Made by a program: the position numbers and the translations under genes. A stretch of DNA of 64,000 nucleotides from Sphagnum compactum (Eukaryota): assembly GCA_965153455.1 (NCBI GenBank), contig OZ234493.1, positions 7,864,213 through 7,928,212 on the forward strand, in the 5' to 3' direction. Each line of letters opens with the position of its first letter. The stretch's first letter is position 1. The notes beneath the pieces are model-generated. The model made no database searches and had not been told where the DNA came from. It saw only the letters and a program-made list of their open reading frames with translations. Of this stretch, positions 55,683 to 64,000 are shown in pieces.

Positions 55683-58600
55683 AATGACGAATTCCACAAC
55701 GAGCAAACTTGGGCTTGTTCGGATATCATTGATGAAACTCATGAACCTTCTCCATGGCATTTGATAGGTTTTTGATTGGTTCCCAAGTGCGTTCTTTCAC
55801 ATCATACTAATGCTAGTATTGGAGTTGACAATTAAAAATCTTTGAATCCAAAATGTTATTCACTTCATATTCATGTTTAGCATCAACTTGAATAGGTGGA
55901 GAGGGATCATGAATTCTTCTTAGAATGGTAGATGTGTGGTAAGGTTCCAACAAGGAAACATGAAACACAAGATGGATTTTTATAGAACTTAGAAGCTTGA
56001 GTTGGAAAACCACGACATTGATTTGTTTCACAATGAAGAACAAACATAACCTCTGATGATCCAACTTCTCTGTTGGCCTTGTTGTCTTAATATGTTGTGT
56101 GAAAGTTAAACCTGGTCCTTGACAAAGCTAAGTTGTTCCTTTTAACATTCATCAGCATTTTCCTTGTATAATGCATTTCTTCAAGGTTACATACAAGTTG
56201 AGCTCGAACATCCGCTCACCACATGGCTCAATATTTAATTATCAGATTCACAATTTGTGCACACCTTGAATGTCAAATTTGGGGTGCAAACCATGATTTG
56301 CAAAGAATGTGTTTATTGGGTCAATGAATGCACTACGTTGTTATAAACAAATTCTGCCATGGCCAAAAGTTCTGACCAATTATTTTGATGATAATTGGTT
56401 ATGCATTGTAAATATTGATTTAAGACTTGATTGACCCATTCTATCTGTCCATCCATCTAAGGGTGGAAAGTTAATGATAATTTCACCTTCACATCTAAAA
56501 GATCAAATAGTTGCTTCCAGAAGTTGGATGCAAATTGAAGCTCACGATCAAAAATGATATCTTTAGGGAGACCATCATATCAAAAAACATGATCAAAAAA
56601 TAACTTGGTTATTCCTTTGCCAATTATTGTTTTGGTACACAGAATGAAATGAACCATCTTCGTTAAACGGTCCACCACCATCAAAATGGAGTCATAAGAA
56701 CTAGAAGGTGGAAGGTTTGTGATGAAGTCCATGGAAATTGAAGATCACAAGGATGCAAAGATTGGCAATGGTTGAAAGAGATCATGAAGGTGATGATGAG
56801 GTTTCTCACAAAATCCAACAAACTCCTTCACATATTCCAAAACTTTGGCCACCAATAATCTCGAAACACTAATTCCATGGTCTTGTTGAATCCAAAATGG
56901 CCTGTAGCCAAAACATTGTGCCTAACTTGGAGAATTTAAAATCACATAGGGCCATCAAGAACATGCAAAAGACCATCACAATATAATAAACCATCCTAAA
57001 ACTTGAACTTAGCATGATCATTATAAAAACTTGATGATGATTCCTTAATTGGCCTTGGATGTCAATAGCAAGAAGGTCTTTCTTTAAGTATTTACAAATT
57101 TGACAAAAAAAGGTTGTGTCATTAGGAATTACCAACAATGCAAGAAGTCAAAGATGTTCAAGCTTGATAATGACATCACATTGTTGTTCAGAGGTTGCAT
57201 TTCCCTTCTTAGGCGCAAGGTACGAGCGATGGGACAATGCTATCAAGTTTCCCCTTGCTAGCACCCAGGGCGATATGTGATGACAAATCGAAATTGAAAC
57301 AAAGACAATGCCCATCGAACTTAACATTGATTTAAAACATGAAGTGAAGGTTCTTATGATTAAAATACATAATCATTTCATGTTGAATTCCTTCAAGTAA
57401 GTGACATCATTTTTAAAAAACATCAATAATGGCCAAGAGTTATTTGTCATGAATCTCGTAATTAATCTCAACATGAAAAAACTTACAAAAATAATAACCA
57501 ATAGGATGAAGGAAATCATCATTTTTAGGTTGTGAGAGCACAACTCCTAATGCAAAATTAGAAGCATCTGTCTCCAAGACAAAGGATTAAGAAAGGTCTA
57601 CATGAATCAATAATGGAATAATTATGAAGAAAAACTTCAAAGATTAAAAGGCAATTTCAGTTTTAGGTCCCCAAGAAAAAGGTTGATCCTTTCGAATTAG
57701 ATGAATAAGATGAGCCACTATTGTGGAATAGTGCGTAATGAAACATTGATAAAAATTTGCAAACCCAGGAAAACATTGAACATCACGAATAGAAGTTGGG
57801 GTACCCTAGTCCACAATTGTTTAAACCTTGCAAAAATCCATGTGCACACCATCTCCATAAATGATGTAACCAAGGAATTCCACTTCAATTTAATGAAACT
57901 CACATTTCTCCAATTTGGCATAAAATCCAACTTCCTTGAGCTTGTCCATAACAAATCAAACATGTTGTTCATGCTCTTCAAAGTTCTTGGAGCAAATGAG
58001 GATGTCAACAATGTAACAAACCTTGAAATCATCTAGGTATTCACGAAAGTCATCATTCATGAAATGTTGAAAGACAACATGTGCATTCCTAAAGCCAAAA
58101 GGCATCACCACATACTCAAAATGACCATAGCATGTACAAAATGTAGTCCTCCATTCATCACCTTCTTGAATACACACCAAGTTGTATGCACCACGCAAGG
58201 CGATCTTGGAGTACATTTTGGCCTAACTGAGTTGATCCAATAATCTTGATATCAAAGGTGGTGGGTATTAATTTTTGATGGTGAGTCGATTCAGCCCACG
58301 ATAATCGACACACATTTGGAGGGATCCATCCTTATTCTTGATAAACATGATCGAAGCACCAGTTAGAGACTTGGAATGTCATGCTTGTGATAGTGGCTTC
58401 ACCATCCAAAGGTTCTTGCTTGGGTGCTTCAAAATGGAGACTCTTCATATGCCAATCCATTCGTGGATTATGCAAAACAAGTCAAGATAATTCAATGATG
58501 ATTGGGTTCTTCGAGGATGAAATGACATTGAACACAACCTTGCTAAAATGTGACCTAATGGTGATCTCCAACATGGGTCTCATGTGTCATAAGTCCTAAG

Positions 58601-60574
58601 GAAGGTCTCCAAACGTCAATGAATTCAACTCTTATCAATGTCATTTTTTTCACCAAGGCCAACTTATGTTGTTGCACTAACTATTTGTTAATAAAACATG
58701 CAAATGCATCATAGTTAAACAATGTTCGAGTCTTTATTATCTTGTTACATTTGATCATGACTAGTAACAAGAAACTGGGTTTAGATCTGAAAACAAGCTA
58801 GGACCAATCCTAACACATGATGTATCGAAGTCTAGTCTCAAGGTCCTTACTAAGAATGGACATCTTCATTTTTTGATCCTCCAAATTTTGAATTAGTGAA
58901 AGAAGTGGCCTATGTTGTATGTGGATTTTGTTTCTTTGGACACTCACAAGTAGCATGACCTCATCCTCCACAATATAAACAAAGGTTGTTTGTATGTTGT
59001 CATTGTTTTTGTTTTTCAATGAGGGGTTTGAATCTTGTCTCATCAATTTGCATGGATTGTCCTTTGTTGTTGATTTGGTTGGGGTGGCATGGAGGTTATG
59101 AAATTTTTATGTACGGGCGATGGCTCCCATGGTGAAAACACATTACGGGGGGGCCACTTTGGGCAATTTCACAACATGTATGTAATGTACATTTCTACAA
59201 AACTTGTAACACTTAATTTTGGGTTTCACTTTTGGTGTTTGGGCTTGATATTTTGATTTTCACAAAGTCTATGATATTTAATATTATTTGAAAAAAAATC
59301 AAGGAATAATAGGTATATTTATGGTTTATACAATATAATAGAGCCTATTCTTATTTTTGGACTTCACTAGATTTGGGTTTGAATTAGTTAACCAAAAAAT
59401 GTTTGAAGTGAAATTTTTAAAATGACCCACTTCACATATCTTGTCGTCTTCCATTTGAAAGTGATAGTTTGTCAAATGTTTATTTACAACATATTTATAG
59501 TCATCGCCCCCAAAAACACCCCTTTGTGATATGATAATTATCAAACTCTTCACATGGTTCACAAACTTATTCCAATCATATGGAATCACAATGTTTAATA
59601 GATACAAAAAAAATTCATAAAGACTAAAAATAATTTCAATCATTTTTTGAGTATATTTGCATTTTTTAATACGTTATGTTTTTTTTTTGCACAAATATAT
59701 TCTAACATCATATCATATTATATTTAAAAATGTAATTTATTTGGAATTTGATTTATTTGGGTTTGACCTACCAAAATATGTAAAGACATTGTGAAAATCC
59801 TTCATAATAATGACATGGTTGAAGTTCAAACATGGGACCCCTAAAAAGTAGTATAATGTGACAACAATTTTGGCCCCCCCATAGTGTGCTTTCACCCCCC
59901 AATGCTTTTTTTAGCAATGTTTAGAAAGACAATTGTCACAATGAACAACTGATGCAATTGTTTGACTCAAGGTTGTGGGATTTAACATAGTTAGAAGTAA
60001 GTTTTTCACATTGCTGCGTGTCCCAAATTGGAACTAATTCTTGAGTGCAACCTCGTCCCATGAAATGTCACATGTTAATTGCTTGAATTCAAATGGATTC
60101 ACAAATGCAAGTTGTGATCTTTGACGAAGAGATTGCAACTTGCTAGTAGATGTGCCTTCTCCATCCGAATCTCCAAAGGTTGTTGTGAATTATTTGAAAA
60201 ATGTTTCAAAGTTGTTTAAAAGTGATGATTGTCGTTCAAGTAACAATGCAAACTAGGCTAGTGCAGTGCCTAATAATAGAATGCTAATGAGTCCAACATG
60301 GGTTCGTCCATCTAGATAATGGTGAGGATGAAGTCAAATGACCAAGCGCACCTAATTGAACTTTGAACGATCAGTCCCATCAAATTCAAAAAGACTAATT
60401 CAAGGCTCCTTTGTTGGAATTTGCATTGTTGGAACACACCCTAATGACATTAAAACCTGGTATTTTGGAAATGCATGACATAGTCACGAAAAAATTGACT
60501 TTCTTGTTGACATGTTGAAGAATTGCAAGAATTTCTTCCATGGATGCCATCAATTCTTTTCTAGACATAGACAT
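55681..60574 (-). pseudogene. gag-pol of the chromovirus (many stops and frameshifts)
   Basis: Gag starts MSMSRKELMASMEE at 60574. The zinc knuckle reads CLYCGG*GHATCECP (~58935..58985). RT reads GAYNLVCIQEGDEWRTTF..YGHFEYVVMPFG..CYIVDILI, with YxDD mutated (57956..58216). RNase H reads FVLETDASNFALGVVLSQ (~57535..57585). Integrase reads [33 protein letters not shown] (~56640..56745). VFHVSLLEPY and the chromodomain YEVNNILDSK..RTWEP lie at ~55720..55970. Confidence 0.9.
59130..59897. mobile_element. Non-autonomous TIR DNA transposon (MITE-like, 768 bp) nested in gag; 4-bp TSD
   Basis: Left end is tGGTGAAAACACATTACGGGGGGGCCA and the reverse complement of the right end is GGGTGAAAGCACACTATGGGGGGGCCA. 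The TSD is CCCA (59126..59129 and 59898..59901). Removing the element and one TSD copy restores the gag reading ...KHWEPSP... Confidence 0.85.
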
Positions 60575-60635
60575 ATTCTTTGAAAAGTTGAAAACAAAAA
60601 CAAGAAATGAACAAAAGATGTAGGCCTAGTGGGGC

Positions 60636-60647
60636 TAGTTTGTTCAA
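60636..60647 (-). other. Putative self-priming primer-binding site
   Basis: Minus-strand TTGAACAAACTA lies 2 nt after the 5' LTR. There is no TGG tRNA-type start. It is complementary (11/12) to LTR sequence 61612..61623, about 30 nt downstream of the TATA box. Confidence 0.6.
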
Positions 60648-60649
60648 AT

Positions 60650-61980
60650 TGTCACAAGCACAAAAATAACCAAATCTATGAGATTTTTAAAATCAAGACT
60701 ACAACATGGGTAGGCTTAATCCCAAATCTGGAATATGAAACAAGAAAAACAAGAACAAAAACATGACAAAAGAAAAACAAGAATTCAACAGGGTGAATGC
60801 ACGGTATTGTGGTTTAAAACCAACAGAAAATACATTGCCTATGAATCCATACAAGATTTTTTACAATGATTCAAATGGACATGGTTGTTACTTTTTAAAA
60901 TATATATTTTTCTAATATTTGAATAATACATGTTCAATCACCTATAAACGTCCCCAAATCTATGTGAAATTTAGTATTTAATGTAACTGATGTCATTTTT
61001 TGATTTGGAAGTCCTAAAAGAAACCCATAAAGTCCAAAGGAATAATGTCCCATTTAAAACTTTTTTTAAAATTATTTTTAGGACAAAAAATTTGAAAAAC
61101 AAATAAAATTTGCAATTCTTATGGACTTATGAAAATATGGTCAAATTTTAATCATTCAAAAGTTCCTAACTATAAAACGGTTAATGTTTTCAAAGAAAAG
61201 ATTCTTCATATGAATTTATCGTCTTGTATTACATTATATATTAAGTCAAAAAACAAAATTGGAATGTGAATCAATATGATATTTTTCCATTTTGTGATGT
61301 TCCAGTCAAATGACCTGTCCATATTTTTCACTTCAAAAATCCATTACTATTAATAAACAAATTTTTTATTAATAAATAATCACACAATTATTTTCATAAT
61401 GAAGTTGTTAGTTTAGATCCAAGTCCCAATTAGTAAATACAAGGATATATTAATCATCACAAGCATTTGAATAAAGGGTACCCAAGGAAAAAACATCATT
61501 TCGTCACAAAAGTGAGCCATTGCAACTTGCATCTACCCAATTGGATTTTATTACAAAAACAAAACAAAAAAACAATAAGACTATGACAAGAAAATGTACC
61601 AAAAATTAATGTTGAACAATCTAAAGGTAATAAAAAAATTCTATCTTTATTTATACCTATTGGGCACCTAGCTCAAAAAACTTTCAACTTATATGTGACC
61701 CATGTGTGCCCATGTGCACCCATTTGTGAACTAAGACTCAACCAGATGTAAACTAAAATTTAATTAAAAATTGATTGAAAATTAACTTAGAATTAACTAT
61801 AAATGAACTAAAATTTAATTAACTAAGAACGAACTAAAAATTAATTGGAGGTGAACTAAAACTTAATTAGAAGCAAATGAAAAATGAACTAAAACTAAAC
61901 TAAAGGTTAAATACAAGTTCATTACAAATCATGGATGAAGATTCAAATGAATGAACTCCATGGCGTTGGCATTCGTGACA
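60650..61980 (-). repeat. 5' LTR of the chromovirus, interrupted by a 748-bp insertion
   Basis: Starts tgtcacaagcac and ends gttggcattcgtgaca. It aligns by eye with 55037..55668 once 60791..61538 is removed. A minus-strand TATAAATA lies at 61648..61655. Confidence 0.88.
60791..61538. mobile_element. Non-autonomous TIR DNA transposon (748 bp) nested in the 5' LTR
   Basis: It is absent from the 3' LTR. Ends are GGGTGAATGCA and TGCATCTACCC (imperfect TIR). The flanks aaca and aatt correspond to a single aata in the uninterrupted LTR, i.e. a decayed 4-bp TSD. Confidence 0.75.
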
Positions 61981-64000
61981 CCTATGTACCTACCTACTTA
62001 CTATTTACCTACTTACCTACCTACCTAATTACTACTATTTATATTTTTTGAAACCATAAAATTAAATATAAAATTGATGCCTAGAATATAATTAAAACAT
62101 CCAAGTTGGGATTATTGTTCAAAGGTTTATTTAAATGAATATCTTCTTTGAATTTCTTGACATTAAATGATGAAATACATTTTTATTAATGATATCCAAA
62201 GAATTTCAAAAGAAATCCACATGCCCCAAATTGACATTGTTTTATATGTTTTCATGTGATGGGTAATAAAAGCTATAAATTTGATATTCATTAATTTATC
62301 AAAGTATTTGGTCATTTATGATGAAAAGTGGATGGTAATGAGTGTTAGTATGGATAATTTTTAAAATCATGATTGATTAGATCCAACATAGAAGAAAATG
62401 GATAATGGATGGATGTTATTCATCAAAGAATGATAAATGAATGTTCATGGATGAATTATGACAATAAGTTTTTTCAAAATAAATCAAAAAAATGTTTACA
62501 TGCGTTTTTGTATTTTGTGTGGGGCCAATGGATGTGGAGGCTGATTTGGGGAAAAAGGTGGGGAATTGAACATGTCAAAAGAATTGTGGAAGGACATCAA
62601 TGACATAATAAATTATTGTGAATTCAATTAGCCATTGTTTGGGTTTATAAATGGGCCATAATATTGTGACATTATTATTATTTGATAATAAAATGGTAAG
62701 ATGTTTCCACTCTTATGAATGTAGATCAAAATTTGGAGTTTAATTATGGGAATGCTTGATATGAGTGCACAAGGTGCTATAGCTCCAAAGTTGAAAATAC
62801 AAGAAGAGGAGAATCCTAACGTATAAATTGAAAAAATATTTAGTTGCAAATATAAATAATCAAAAAGACCAAATTGCAAAAATATATGATAGATCAATAA
62901 TTGTTGAAGAAACGTCAAAAACAAAACTATTGATATGCATAGATTGAAGGGTTGAACAAAAAATGAACTATGCATGACATGTAGCAATAATATGAATTAC
63001 ATAGGAACCTTATTAAATATCATGATTTAAGTGTGCAAAAGGTTTACTATTTTTGGTTACATGTATCATTTTATTCTTGACAAATAAAGGAAATGTGCGT
63101 ATATTTGTGGTGATTTAATATGAAGTCAATTGAAAGAATTGAATCATTTTAACAAAAATCAAGGAAGGGGTTTTAAGGTTCAAGGTCATGGAAGAAAAAG
63201 GAAAATTATTTTTAATTTACAAGTGGAAATGATGAAAAAATGGCAAAGGAAAAAACCTTGCATGAGTCTTGTAGTCCTAAATGCATATGTTAGAATCAAG
63301 GAACATAATAGTTTTAAAACATTTTTTCATTTGAAAATTGAGCAAATGCAATATTATAACACAAATTTCTTTAAAAAATTAAACATGGGGGTTTTAAACA
63401 CGTGATTAAAAATTACACATAATAGTTGGATAATGCAATATTTGAATGCATTTTGTCACAAGTATTTTCCAGTATTAGACATGTACATATCAATTGGGTA
63501 AGCATATATATATATTTTAAAAATGCACTACAAAGAATTTGCATATGAACAACTAGTTTTTTAGACTATTTTTCAATCATAAATGCCACATGTGATTACA
63601 ATTTGCTCTAGTCGATTTAGACAAGTCACATAAAATTTCAATCGCAAAAACAAAACGTGGCATGAAGTTCAAATGACAATCGCATAAAGATGCAACTTAT
63701 ATGAACGTTTCATGCATCCAAACAAGCTTACATGGCATTGTCATTTTACAACTGCTTTTACAATTAAGCAATGTAGTTGTATTATTTACATGAACATTTC
63801 TAAATATATAATATTTAAATATTAAAAATAAGATTATTACTTTTGTATTTACATATATTATATTATCGATAATTTCATGAATTTCAACTTATAAGTTGTT
63901 GACATGTGTCATTACCTAGGCCAGGCTAAAAACCTAGTTTATGTTACTAATAAGGCCGCCTAATTCATCTACCTAGTAATCTAAGTAGGTAGGGAATATT

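Larger units (their letters stand above)
55037..61980 (-). mobile_element. Full-length degenerate Ty3/gypsy LTR retrotransposon, chromovirus (Tcn1-like)
   Basis: Two related LTRs, each bounded by TGTCAC..GTGACA, are flanked by an identical 5-bp TSD CCTAT (55032..55036 and 61981..61985). The minus strand shows gag, CCHC, RT, RNase H, integrase and chromodomain remnants in gypsy order, with a PPT next to the 3' LTR. Confidence 0.93.

Overview
AT-rich, transposon-littered eukaryotic (plant) genomic DNA. The repeat types and a Tcn1-like chromovirus suggest a bryophyte such as a Sphagnum-like moss, but that is inference. Only one clearly intact gene is present: a three-exon h-type thioredoxin (join 17088..17177, 17385..17507, 18299..18439; 117 aa; WCGPC). 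The rest is mostly decayed mobile DNA. (i) A full-length but mutated Ty3/gypsy chromovirus (55037..61980, minus strand, CCTAT target-site duplication (TSD)) has a probable Tf1-type self-priming PBS and two nested ~750-bp GGGTGAA-TIR elements with 4-bp TSDs. (ii) A 2.3-kb TG..CA solo-LTR-like element (39063..41348) carries a TATA-preceded, intronless 140-codon orphan ORF that is broken by only two premature stops, each explained by a single C>T change. (iii) An older gypsy integrase relic ends in a PHD finger. (iv) hAT and MULE/SWIM transposase relics are present. (v) Several small non-autonomous Helitrons and tandem minisatellites are scattered through the window. No CRISPR array, rRNA or tRNA was recognised.
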